In this document: positions 19,902-29,429 of the stretch, piece after piece | Layout of the letters: every line of letters starts with the position of its first letter | How positions within the stretch are numbered: the first letter of the stretch is position 1 | Source: a virus | Lineage: Duplodnaviria > Caudoviricetes | DNA length: 64,000 bases | Direction: 5' to 3' (one strand) | Virus record (IMG/VR): IMGVR_UViG_3300028833_000071 | The notes under the pieces: generated by a model | Databases searched by the model: none | What the model saw: only the letters and a program-made list of their open reading frames with translations | Told to the model about the DNA's origin: nothing | Position numbers and translations under genes: made by a program

Positions 19902-20279
19902 ATGAATGTTTATTATTTAGCGTTTAGATATGAAAAAGACGTAAATGTTGTAAAAGTTACTGCAAATCAATTGGGTAATGAATTATTAGGCAATACTGAT
20001 GATATTTTTGCCTTAAAATGGGATAAAGAACGTGAAGAAGACGAATTTGGTATTAGTGACCAAGGATTTACAAAACATTTATGGTTTGATGGTAAAGATT
20101 ATGTAATAGAGTTTGCTGATGACCCTCATTTCTTCAATATTTATGAATACGCTAAAGACGAAGAAGAGCCAAATAAATGGTATGGCGAACATATAGTAGC
20201 AAGAAACATTCCTTGGGTCTGTATTAAAATTGAAGATGAGGACGGAAATGAAATTTATAATTTGAATAATGAAATTTAA
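19902..20279 (+). CDS. Hypothetical protein, paralog of 18979..19350
   Basis: Colinear similarity. Confidence 0.75.
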   Translation: MNVYYLAFRYEKDVNVVKVTANQLGNELLGNTDDIFALKWDKEREEDEFGISDQGFTKHLWFDGKDYVIEFADDPHFFNIYEYAKDEEEPNKWYGEHIVARNIPWVCIKIEDEDGNEIYNLNNEI

Positions 20280-21045
20280 AATGGAAAAAAGCATAAAAGT
20301 ATTAATCATTCCTGATGTTCACGGAAGGGAATTTTGGCGTGAGCCGGTAAAAGAGATTTTAGAAAATACAGATGCGAGAATCGTTTTCTTAGGCGATTAC
20401 CTTGACCCTTATCCGTGGGACTTTGACCATAATCATTACCAACAACAAGCAATTGATGTTTTTAATGAAATAATCAATTTGAAAAAAGAAAACAAAGACA
20501 GAATTACTTTATTGCTTGGTAATCATGATATGGGATATAGATTCGGCCTTGATATATGTGATTGCCGTACTGACTATTATAATTTTGAAAAGATTAGGAA
20601 TACATTTATTGAGAATAAGGATTTGTTCCAACTTGCAGATGAAGAATACATTGAAGATAAGCACTATATTTTTAGTCATGCAGGAATACACAAAGGATAT
20701 GTGAAATATGCATTTCCCGATGAGTTTGATTCCATAACCGAAGAAAATGTTGTTGATTATTTTAATAATGCCTATTTTACTGAAGACCCTAAAGTCATTA
20801 ATTCACTTGGAATGTATGATGCTTATAGAGGATATGGAGCATATGATTATGGCTCTCTTGTATGGGCTGATATTCATAGCTGGCTTCATAGACTTTCAGA
20901 CGAAGAGGAATATGATGTATATCAAATATTTGGGCATACTCAAATGGAACACGGAAGTGGTGGTTTTTTTGCAAATACATTTGCTTGTTTAGATAGTGCT
21001 GAAGCATTTATAATTAATGATTTAGGAAAAATTGAACAATTTTAA
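20269..21045 (+). CDS. Calcineurin-like metallophosphoesterase
   Basis: PDVHG, LGDYLD, GNHD, SHAG, FGHT. Confidence 0.9.
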   Translation: MKFKMEKSIKVLIIPDVHGREFWREPVKEILENTDARIVFLGDYLDPYPWDFDHNHYQQQAIDVFNEIINLKKENKDRITLLLGNHDMGYRFGLDICDCRTDYYNFEKIRNTFIENKDLFQLADEEYIEDKHYIFSHAGIHKGYVKYAFPDEFDSITEENVVDYFNNAYFTEDPKVINSLGMYDAYRGYGAYDYGSLVWADIHSWLHRLSDEEEYDVYQIFGHTQMEHGSGGFFANTFACLDSAEAFIINDLGKIEQF

Positions 21046-21118
21046 AAATAAAATTTGTATATTTTAATTGAAGATAATTTTAAAAAAGAAAGATAAAACA
21101 TTAAATAAAGATTAGAAT

Positions 21119-21397
21119 ATGATTTGGATTAGACTTATTTTAACACTTGTCATCATGTTAATGGCAATTTACTATGTAATGCTTTTATTTCAATGTGTAA
21201 CAGATTGGTTCAAATTCACCAATAGGAAAATAACATTTAAGAGATGTTTGATACCTTTTTATTATTGGATTGCACCAATTAATGAAGGAAAAAAGAACAA
21301 ACCTGTTTCGGACTATGCTGATGAAGAAAGTCATGAAACTGAAACACGTGAAAAGAATATTAAAGAAAAAACTTCGTTTAAAAAAACTAAAAAATAA
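21119..21397 (+). CDS. Small membrane protein upstream of SPFH gene
   Basis: N-terminal TM helix. Confidence 0.65.
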   Translation: MIWIRLILTLVIMLMAIYYVMLLFQCVTDWFKFTNRKITFKRCLIPFYYWIAPINEGKKNKPVSDYADEESHETETREKNIKEKTSFKKTKK

Positions 21398-21426
21398 ATT
21401 TATTATTAATTAAAAATTAAAAAAAC

Positions 21427-21753
21427 ATGTTTAAAAATTCAAAAGAAGATGGCCCAATGACCATCAGTAAAAAAGTTATCATTGGTATTGTTAGTGTTGC
21501 AATCGCAATAATTATGATTTGTATTTGCGGTTCGCTTTTTGAAGATGCCGACAAATCAAAGAACTATGTATGCCAAATGCCTATTACAGGTGAGTACCAT
21601 GTATGGACCGAAGGCGGTTTGCAAATGCAAATGTTTGGTAATGTAGAGTCCTATAGCAAGACTTCTCAAGTTGAGTTTACAGGTATTGAGAAAAATGAAT
21701 TTGGCTATGTTGCTGTAGGAAAGAACCCAGCTGCTTCAGTCACGTTTAATGAT
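21427..21753 (+). CDS. SPFH/band-7 family membrane protein, exon 1
   Basis: TM helix; ends VTFND, in frame with exon 2 after intron removal. Confidence 0.8.
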
Positions 21754-22132
21754 AAAAAATTCTAAAATATTTTCCGTGTCATATTGATTTTTTGTTAATG
21801 TCGTGCTATTTATAAATAAAGATTCAACAATTTTTTTACAAAGAAAATATGACAAATATTTAGAATATTGTCGTCTTTACGAGAAATCATAAAGATTATC
21901 ACAGGGCAATATCGGTGAAGTTAGAAATGATAATACCGAGATAAACAACAAGATTGCGAAAGGCTTGTTGTCATCGTAACGAGTAGGAACTGAATAAATA
22001 TAATGTTCCCAAGAGTGTCCTGCCCTTAACACATAATGGTGAAGGTGAAAATGTACTCTGGACTATGCTAAAGAATAATCGGATAAAAAAGGCATAGATT
22101 TATGGGATAAAGAGCCCATAAGGTAACAAACG
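21754..22132 (+). ncRNA. Group I self-splicing intron, ORF-less (379 nt)
   Basis: Exon ends U, intron ends G. P1: ATGAT/GTCAT(21778). P10: TCCGT/ATGGA. P3: CAGGGCA/TGTCCTG. P7: CCAAGAGT/ACTCTGG. P9 hairpins present. Confidence 0.88.
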
Positions 22133-23035
22133 AATGGACGTGGTATGATAGTTGGCTCATTCCGTGTAGTTTTGCCGACAGACAAACAAAACATGGAAAA
22201 GATTCAGAGAGATTTCGGTTCAGAAGAGGCTTTGATTAACAACATCGTTAGACCTACACTTTATAAAGTTGTAACAGCGTGTGGCCCTCTTATGTCATCA
22301 CTGCAATCAGTATCTGAAACTCGTACAGACCTTATTGATTATATTACAGACCAATTGAATAACGGTGTGTACAAGACAAAGGCCGTTAAGACAGAGGTGC
22401 TTAACGAGATTACAGGTGAAAAGGAAATGAGAACCACTGCTCAAATTATAGAGGATAGTTTGGCACCTCGTGGTTATAAGAGACAAGAGGTTTCACCCTT
22501 TAGCCAATATGGTATTACTTGTGGTTTGGTGTCAATTACTGATATTAAGTATGATGCTGCAACACAAGACCAAATTGATGCTCAAAAGCAAGCTAATTTG
22601 GCTGTTATAACTTCAAAAACAAGGTCAATAGAAGCAATGCAAAAGACCATCCAAATTGCTGAGGAAGGTAAGGCAGCAACAGAAAAGGCTAAGTGGGAAC
22701 AAGAGCGTATAAAGATTGTCGAAGTCACTAAGGCTGAACAGGAACGAGAGGTTTCACGACTTGCAGCAGAAAAGGCCGAGTTCGATAAGAAACGAGTTAT
22801 TGCTGAAGGTGAGGCTAAGGCCGCAGCAAATAGAGCACTTGTTGCAGCAGGTCTTACTCCTATTGAAAAGGCAACAATTGAAAAGGAAACCAAGATTGGT
22901 GTTGCACAGGCTTTGAAAGATATTAGACTTCCAAAGATTGTTATGACAGGCAATAATGGCGGTGGTGGAAATACAGCATTTGATGCCATGGGCCTGAAAG
23001 CAATGACAGAACTTGTGGATAAAATGTCGGAGTAA
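22133..23035 (+). CDS. SPFH/band-7 family protein, exon 2
   Basis: NGRGMIVGSFRV; Ala/Glu/Lys coiled coil; LPKIVM..GGG tail. Confidence 0.8.
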   Translation, partial: NGRGMIVGSFRVVLPTDKQNMEKIQRDFGSEEALINNIVRPTLYKVVTACGPLMSSLQSVSETRTDLIDYITDQLNNGVYKTKAVKTEVLNEITGEKEMRTTAQIIEDSLAPRGYKRQEVSPFSQYGITCGLVSITDIKYDAATQDQIDAQKQANLAVITSKTRSIEAMQKTIQIAEEGKAATEKAKWEQERIKIVEVTKAEQEREVSRLAAEKAEFDKKRVIAEGEAKAAANRALVAAGLTPIEKATIEKETKIGVAQALKDIRLPKIVMTGNNGGGGNTAFDAMGLKAMTELVDKMSE

Positions 23036-23062
23036 ATAAAATTACTTTAATCAAAAATATGT

Positions 23063-23091
23063 GGGGCAATTATTAAAATTGTCCCTTTTTT
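23063..23091 (+). terminator. Intrinsic terminator
   Basis: GGGGCAATT..AATTGTCCC + T6. Confidence 0.75.
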
Positions 23092-23135
23092 GTTTTTAAA
23101 AAATAATTTTGTATATTTGTAATAAAAAACAGAAC

Positions 23136-23630
23136 ATGGAACCAAACATTAGTGAAGACATGATAAACGAGTTGCATCAGTTGACTGGCGCAGGCATGAT
23201 GCGGTGCAAGGAGTCACTATCTGCACTTGTAGAAGCGTTAAAGGCAAACATAAATAGACCGAGAAAAACGGACGTAGGATATAAAATTAAAATTGATTTT
23301 GAAGAATATCCTTTAAGGAAACCGCCAATAACACAGGCAGCGCCCAGCTTTATTAGATTTATTGGGGTGTGTGGTGATGAATTGCAACCATCATGCAAAC
23401 GAGAATGCACTTATTTTTCGTGCGATTACGAGTTTGGAGAACTTCCAGAGACTCTTAATAAAGTATATAATGCGTATCAAAAAGAAAATTTTAAGACATT
23501 TTCTGAACGAAATGATGATGTACTTACAGAATTAACAAGACAAATGTTTAAAGAGTTTGATGATTTCCTTAAGAAAGAATTTGGCAAAAAATTCGTTCAT
23601 ACGGAATATTTTACGACAACTTTTTCATAA
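23136..23630 (+). CDS. Protein with EF-Ts N-terminal (UBA-like) domain
   Basis: ISEDMINELHQLTGAGMMRCKESL resembles EF-Ts VKELRERTGAGMMDCKKAL. Confidence 0.65.
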   Translation: MEPNISEDMINELHQLTGAGMMRCKESLSALVEALKANINRPRKTDVGYKIKIDFEEYPLRKPPITQAAPSFIRFIGVCGDELQPSCKRECTYFSCDYEFGELPETLNKVYNAYQKENFKTFSERNDDVLTELTRQMFKEFDDFLKKEFGKKFVHTEYFTTTFS

Positions 23631-23640
23631 AAAAGTAAAG

Positions 23641-23661
23641 TTTGGCACAGTTTTTGTATAA
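23641..23661 (+). promoter_or_regulatory. sigma54-like promoter interrupted by IS insertion; also the TnpB guide-encoding flank
   Basis: TTTGGCACAGTTTTTGTATAA abuts IS right end. Confidence 0.7.
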
Positions 23662-25067
23662 CTGACATACTCCCACGATTGAAATCGTGGGGTTCTTAAT
23701 TTCTTAAGAACCTGTATTTATCAACAAGTTATTCTTGTTGACCACGCTTGACACATCAAGTGGCGCTGTCAGCAGCGCAAGGTGATTTTGTTCATATCGC
23801 TTCAATATGTTAATCGCAGCGTTTAAATCACGGTCTATTACTATGGAATCGGAAATCTGTACCGTCCTGTCGGACAGTCCAACCCTTTCCTCAAACAATT
23901 TGCCGGTCAGACAGTTTTGTTGTGTTGTCCATTTCTCGTTAATGGAAATAAGTTCAGTATTGCTGTTCTGACATTTGTATGACAAATATTCCATAAATGT
24001 GGCTATTGATGATTCACTGAAGTTGCGAGAATTCTTCGTTAACTTGTTGCTTCTCTTCTCCATCAGTGTCTTCACACTCAAGTCACCAACTACAATTGTC
24101 TTGTAGTTCATATTCACCAATTTCTTGCTCTGAATATGCAGAGTCTGTTTTATCTGTGCATTTTTCCTTTTATACAGTTTGTTCTTCACCTTCTTTAACT
24201 TGCAGTGACGGCTGCTGCCCTTTGTGCATTTATCCATTTTGGACTGAACTGACGATATCTGCTTGCGGAAATACTTGTTTATCCTTCTTGCTTTGTTCGG
24301 TATCGTGACAACATTGCCCAAATTATCGACACAGTTGCACAGGTTTTTAATGCCAAGGTCAATCGCAAGTACCTTGTTTTCAGTTGTCAACACCTCTTCT
24401 TCGTCAACATGGTTTGCTACACCTAAGTCAAGCAGATATTTTCCGTTGACCATCTTCAGTTTGACTTCCTTGACAGTTAAAGACTTGTAGTCAATATTCG
24501 GGATACCTTTATAAGTTACGGCAATACCATTTACTTTCAATGTGGTGTTATTTATGAATTTCCATCCCGATTGGTTGTACACAACAGTGTGAAATTTGTC
24601 AACATCGTTGATTTTATGGGGCGGTTTCGCTGTATGGTCTTTTTTAACCAAAGTGAAAAAAGACTTGTATGAGGAATAGATTTCCTTGGCAACCCTTTGG
24701 CTTGCCTTGGAGTTAAGGCAAGTTAAAAAGGGATTTTCTTTTCTGAGGAAGGTTATATCTCTGTCAAGGTCAAATTCGGTTTTTATCTTTCCTGTTGTTT
24801 CATAGGTTTGGTTTTCGATGTCGATAAGCAGGTTATACAAAAGGTTCCTTGCAAGGGACAGGTTTTTCAGTTCCTGCTCCTGCTGACCATTCGGGAAAAG
24901 TCTTAATGTATATGTCCTGTACTGTATCATCACTTATAAATAGTATAATTATTAAAAAAAGTCAAGAAATTAATAAAAAATTTTATTTATTTAATAAAAA
25001 AATTGTATATTTAGGATAGAGCAATTCATCCCACGACTAAAGTGGTGGGCTTTCTTGCTCGTTTATC
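23662..25067 (-). mobile_element. IS200/IS605-family element, tnpB only (IS1341-like)
   Basis: IS608-like ends on minus strand. LE: TTAC|14 nt-AAAG-hairpin. RE: GAAC-hairpin-AGTATGTCAG. Confidence 0.88.
23704..24933 (-). CDS. tnpB: TnpB RNA-guided endonuclease
   Basis: YTLRLFPN..Q N-terminus, LAIDLG, IVVGDL, INEKWTTQ, DRDLNAAINIL. Confidence 0.93.
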   Translation of the reverse strand: MMIQYRTYTLRLFPNGQQEQELKNLSLARNLLYNLLIDIENQTYETTGKIKTEFDLDRDITFLRKENPFLTCLNSKASQRVAKEIYSSYKSFFTLVKKDHTAKPPHKINDVDKFHTVVYNQSGWKFINNTTLKVNGIAVTYKGIPNIDYKSLTVKEVKLKMVNGKYLLDLGVANHVDEEEVLTTENKVLAIDLGIKNLCNCVDNLGNVVTIPNKARRINKYFRKQISSVQSKMDKCTKGSSRHCKLKKVKNKLYKRKNAQIKQTLHIQSKKLVNMNYKTIVVGDLSVKTLMEKRSNKLTKNSRNFSESSIATFMEYLSYKCQNSNTELISINEKWTTQQNCLTGKLFEERVGLSDRTVQISDSIVIDRDLNAAINILKRYEQNHLALLTAPLDVSSVVNKNNLLINTGS

Positions 25068-25103
25068 GTAAAAGAAATAGAAATTAATTAAAATTTAAAA
25101 AAC

Positions 25104-26612
25104 ATGAATAAAAGATTCGTATTAAGCAAAGAAAGTAACCCAAACTACCTTTGCAGTATTTGTAGACTTGGTGAAACATTCCCAATTGAGGGCGCTGATA
25201 AACTTGTTAAGACCGTGGTAAACGGTTATGATATTGTTATTGGCAAGGATTACAAGGAGGGGGATATTGTAGTTTATTTCCCCGTTGAAACCGCTATTAG
25301 CGAGATGTATCTTTCAGCAAACAATTTGTTTGAGCGTTCAGAATTTGAGCGTAATGCAAATGCTGACTCTGTAAAGGAATACCTTATTGAATTGGAGAAT
25401 GCTGATAATGAGAATGACACACAAAAGGCTGAAGAGTTGTCAGCTAAGATTAAATCAATGTGTGGATTTTTCAATAAACATGGACGTGTTCGTATTTTGA
25501 AACTTCGTGGACAATATTCCATGGGATTTATTGCAGGTGTTGATTCACTTGTTAACTATGACCCGACATTGAAAGATACTGATTGGGAGAGTCTTGTGGG
25601 AACACAATTTGACTATATTGATGACAAGGAGTTCTGCCATAAGTATATACCAATGATTAATGGAAGACGAGGACAAAATCAAAACCATGATTCAAAGGGC
25701 AAATCAATATGGAAGTGGAGAATGAGAAAATTGAAGAAATTCAATAGACTTGTTGATGGACAATTTGAATTTCATTATTCTACTAAAATGCTTCCAGAGC
25801 ATATTAATGAGTTCAAGCCTGATGATATTGTTGCCATAAGCACTAAAATTCATGGAACGAGTGTGATATTGTCTAACATCCTTGTTAATAGGAAACTTTC
25901 AATTTGGGAGAAAATCAAAAAGTTCTTTGGTTTTAAAGTACCTATGACTGAATATGGTAACATATATTCTTCAAGAAGTGTTATCAAGAATCAATACTTG
26001 GATAAAGATAGACGTGGTTTCTATGGCGTTGATATATGGGGTTGTGTAAACAGAGATTTTTCACCTTATCTATCTGAAGGTATGACCGTATATGGCGAAA
26101 TTGCAGGTTATCTTGAGAATTCAACTAAAATGATTCAAAAGCAGCACGATTATGGCTGCAAACCTGGCCATTGGAAATTTATGCCATATCGAATTACCGA
26201 GACTGATGTTGATGGTAATAAGAAAGAGTGGGAACTTGCAGAAGTTGATGCATGGACACATAAACTTGTCGAAGAGCACCCTGAACTTGCCGATAAGACC
26301 CTTTTCTTGGATATTATCTATCAAGGCCGTTTCGGTGATATGTACCCTGATGTTCCAGAAGATGAAAATTGGAACAAGAATATTCTTGCAAGAATGAAGG
26401 GTGATAGGGAACTTATCCTTATGGAGGAAGATGAACCTATGTGCAAAAACAAAGTTCCTCGTGAGGGTGTTGTTGTCAGACTTGTAAATGACCAATTTGC
26501 AAGGGCATGGAAATTAAAGAGTGCAAGACATTATTCACTAGAAGCTAAACAGCACGATAATGGTGAGGTTGATATGGAAGAGGCTGATTCCTCACAAGAA
26601 GAGAATGCTTAA
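25104..26612 (+). CDS. ATP-dependent RNA ligase (DRB0094/Rnl2-like with N-terminal OB domain)
   Basis: PIEGADKL, TKIHGTS (KxxG), YGEIAG, REGVVVR, WKLKS. Confidence 0.85.
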   Translation: MNKRFVLSKESNPNYLCSICRLGETFPIEGADKLVKTVVNGYDIVIGKDYKEGDIVVYFPVETAISEMYLSANNLFERSEFERNANADSVKEYLIELENADNENDTQKAEELSAKIKSMCGFFNKHGRVRILKLRGQYSMGFIAGVDSLVNYDPTLKDTDWESLVGTQFDYIDDKEFCHKYIPMINGRRGQNQNHDSKGKSIWKWRMRKLKKFNRLVDGQFEFHYSTKMLPEHINEFKPDDIVAISTKIHGTSVILSNILVNRKLSIWEKIKKFFGFKVPMTEYGNIYSSRSVIKNQYLDKDRRGFYGVDIWGCVNRDFSPYLSEGMTVYGEIAGYLENSTKMIQKQHDYGCKPGHWKFMPYRITETDVDGNKKEWELAEVDAWTHKLVEEHPELADKTLFLDIIYQGRFGDMYPDVPEDENWNKNILARMKGDRELILMEEDEPMCKNKVPREGVVVRLVNDQFARAWKLKSARHYSLEAKQHDNGEVDMEEADSSQEENA

Positions 26613-26619
26613 AAGGCAT

Positions 26620-26651
26620 AAAAAAAGGCTCTGAGTAACTCAGGGCCTTTT
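26620..26651. terminator. Bidirectional intrinsic terminator
   Basis: A7-GGCTCTGAG-taa-CTCAGGGCC-TTTT between convergent genes. Confidence 0.85.
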
Positions 26652-26657
26652 CTGTTT

Positions 26658-27413
26658 TCATAATGGTTTATATTCAAAATTTCGAACCTTAAATGGTGTA
26701 TAAAGTTCATTTGGCACTTTAGATGGGTCAGCCACATAAATATCAATTATAGCATCCATTAAATATCCGTGTTCAGGCGTTCTAAGATTTTCCGTTAACA
26801 TATGGGCATATTTTTTACCCACAGTACGATTTACTTTTCCATTGGCCTTGAATGTAATCTTATCAGGCTCCCAAATGCACTCATATTTAATCCAATTTTC
26901 AGTGGGGTCTAGTTTTTGTTTACAATAAGGAATATTTTTTGATTTAATATTCCTATGTATTAAATCCTCATCATTATAATGGACATTTGATGTTGTCAGC
27001 CATGATGGATTTATCCATGGGAATTCTTTTGTGAATATTTCCCAATAGTCTTTATTCTTTGACCATGCTTCACATATATCAATTTCAGGTGGCCAATTGC
27101 CATCGCCGCTTAACCAAAATGAAGCGCCTACATTTAATCCTTTAGGCATTAATGCTTCTACAGAGAAAGTGCCATAATCAAATGAGGTTAATGACCTTAT
27201 AAGACCTCTTTCTAATGAAGGATGATAAATTTTTCCATCCCAATATTTAACATCTTTGGGATTTGGCCTATAATACATTGAAATTTCATTGTTTTCGTTT
27301 ATTTTAACGACATCAGGTGTGTCACTAAGCCAATAATAAGGCTCGTCAGGATGTATTATCCTACCACCTTCCATTTTGCAGTCCCAATCATAACCGCACC
27401 AATTTATTACCAT
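26658..27413 (-). CDS. Glycoside hydrolase family 16
   Basis: FDYGTF, SFWL, WPPEIDICE (ExDxxE); ACTATTTAT at 27430-27438. Confidence 0.85.
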   Translation of the reverse strand: MVINWCGYDWDCKMEGGRIIHPDEPYYWLSDTPDVVKINENNEISMYYRPNPKDVKYWDGKIYHPSLERGLIRSLTSFDYGTFSVEALMPKGLNVGASFWLSGDGNWPPEIDICEAWSKNKDYWEIFTKEFPWINPSWLTTSNVHYNDEDLIHRNIKSKNIPYCKQKLDPTENWIKYECIWEPDKITFKANGKVNRTVGKKYAHMLTENLRTPEHGYLMDAIIDIYVADPSKVPNELYTPFKVRNFEYKPL

Positions 27414-27471
27414 AACATTTAATTTTATAATAAATAGTTTTTAAAAAAACTTTTTTGTATATTTGAATTAG

Positions 27472-27488
27472 TTTGGCATAGAATTTGA
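27472..27488 (+). promoter_or_regulatory. sigma54-like motif
   Basis: TTTGGCATA-GAAT-TTGA. Confidence 0.6.
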
Positions 27489-27515
27489 TGAAGAAAATAT
27501 ATAAATAATTAAAAC

Positions 27516-27686
27516 ATGAAAATCACGAAAGAAGAGTATAACTATTTTTGGACATGGATGGAAATACCATTGAAGGATGTACCTAATGATGCATTACTTT
27601 GGTGTTATAAACAGGATAAGCAAAATTCAATAATGTCAAAGTCCATTTGGAAAAGTGAAATAGATAGAAGAGGTTTAACAGTTTAA
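27516..27686 (+). CDS. Small hypothetical protein (56 aa, below ORF-track cutoff)
   Basis: MKITKEEYNYFWTW..; fills gap after promoter motifs. Confidence 0.55.
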   Translation: MKITKEEYNYFWTWMEIPLKDVPNDALLWCYKQDKQNSIMSKSIWKSEIDRRGLTV

Positions 27687-27697
27687 AATAATAAAAT

Positions 27698-29401
27698 ATG
27701 GCACAAAATATTAATAGACTAGAAGTTTTTAAAGCGATACAAACAATTTCCAATTACATTAAAAATGACGGAAAAAAATCAAAAAAAGTTAAAGAAGCAT
27801 TTCAATTGCTGTCTGATTTTTTTAATATAAATAATGAAAAAGAGATAAGTATATTGTCGGTAATTTATTATGATTTTATGAGCACTGATTTTGGGCGATA
27901 TTGCTCAAAGGACTATATATCTTTCCATTCACTATTAGAAGGTTTCGGTAAAAAGGACATTATTGGCTTATTTGAAATGCAGGCTGAAATTGATGATTTA
28001 TGTGCAAGACGGCTTATTTTTATTTATCCCATAAGAAAATATATAAAAAGTACATTTAAAAATTATTATCGGATATATCTTAAAGAAAAATCATTTTCTT
28101 CTTTTATAAATGATGACGAAAATAATATTTTTTTTGCTACTCTTCAAGATGATGAATTAATGGATTTGGGCGATTTTATTAAGGATTATGTATCAGTAAG
28201 TGATGATTCTTATTTTCTTTATTATAAAGATTGTTTAAAGGCTTGTTTTCCAGAAAATAAAGTTGCCTCGAAAATAATTGATTATATTAATAATAATGAT
28301 TTTTTAGTCCTTAGATGTCTTAAAAGATTAAGTGATGGCATTTATAACAACAATATAATGAAATTTAAATTATCTGATATATTAGGACAATATTATTGTA
28401 ATGCCGAAATAAGAAGATGTTTAAACAATTTAAAAAAAAGCAAAGGTAAATCACCATTAGAAACTTGTGGCTTATTCAATATAACAAAGGCCTCTCAAAT
28501 AGATAAAATAGAAATTTCTCTTCAGCCATGGGCGATAAAGGAATTATTTGGCATTGATGAAGAAATGCAAGCCAATCAGGAAATCAATGGTCCTGTTTCT
28601 TATATCAGCAATAGGAAGATTAAGAAAAAGGAACTCTTTTATAATAAAGAAAACGATAAAGACATTCAAAGATTATTTGAATTATTGGATGATAAGAACT
28701 ATAAAAAAGTAACAAAAAGATTAAATGACAAAGGTTATAAAAAGGGGCTAACATTAATACTACATGGTGGTCCTGGTACAGGCAAGACTGAAACTGTTTT
28801 ACAATTGGCCAAAAAGACAAATCGAGATATATTGAAACTTAATATTGACGAAATACGCTCGTGTTGGGTAGGCGAAAGTGAGAAGAATATGAAAAATGTC
28901 TTTGATATGTACAGAGAGTACATGGAAAAGGCAAAAAAGACCCCTATATTATTCTTAAATGAGGCTGATGCTATTATTTCAAAACGTACTGATATTGGTA
29001 CAAATGCAAGTGTTGATAAGATGGAAAATTCCCTTCAAAACATTTTATTGGATGAATTAGAAAATTTCGAGGGGATTCTTATTGCAACGACAAATCTAAT
29101 TAACAATATTGATAATGCTTTTGACCGTAGGTTTTTGTTCAAAGTTAAATTAGACAAACCTTCAATCGAAGTCAAAGAAAAAATTTGGAAATCAAAATTA
29201 AGTGATGTATCTGATGGTATAATAAAAGATATTGCGGTTAAATTTGATTTTTCAGGCGGACAAATAGACAACATTGTTAAAAAGATAAATATTGACAATA
29301 TTCTTTGGGGAAACAAGCCTAACAAGGAAATGCTTGAAGATTTCTGTTCTAAGGAATTGTTGATTGATACGAAAACAAAACCAATTGGTTTTCAAAAATA
29401 A
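27698..29401 (+). CDS. AAA+ ATPase with long N-terminal domain
   Basis: GGPGTGKT, LFLNEAD, ATTN, AFDRRF. Confidence 0.9.
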   Translation: MAQNINRLEVFKAIQTISNYIKNDGKKSKKVKEAFQLLSDFFNINNEKEISILSVIYYDFMSTDFGRYCSKDYISFHSLLEGFGKKDIIGLFEMQAEIDDLCARRLIFIYPIRKYIKSTFKNYYRIYLKEKSFSSFINDDENNIFFATLQDDELMDLGDFIKDYVSVSDDSYFLYYKDCLKACFPENKVASKIIDYINNNDFLVLRCLKRLSDGIYNNNIMKFKLSDILGQYYCNAEIRRCLNNLKKSKGKSPLETCGLFNITKASQIDKIEISLQPWAIKELFGIDEEMQANQEINGPVSYISNRKIKKKELFYNKENDKDIQRLFELLDDKNYKKVTKRLNDKGYKKGLTLILHGGPGTGKTETVLQLAKKTNRDILKLNIDEIRSCWVGESEKNMKNVFDMYREYMEKAKKTPILFLNEADAIISKRTDIGTNASVDKMENSLQNILLDELENFEGILIATTNLINNIDNAFDRRFLFKVKLDKPSIEVKEKIWKSKLSDVSDGIIKDIAVKFDFSGGQIDNIVKKINIDNILWGNKPNKEMLEDFCSKELLIDTKTKPIGFQK

Positions 29402-29429
29402 GAGTGAACAAATTTAAATTAATAAAAAT

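Noticed and set aside
7221-29401. The two AAA+ ATPases as sigma54 enhancer-binding activators
   Set aside because: No GAFTGA motif in either; both look like classical AAA ATPases.
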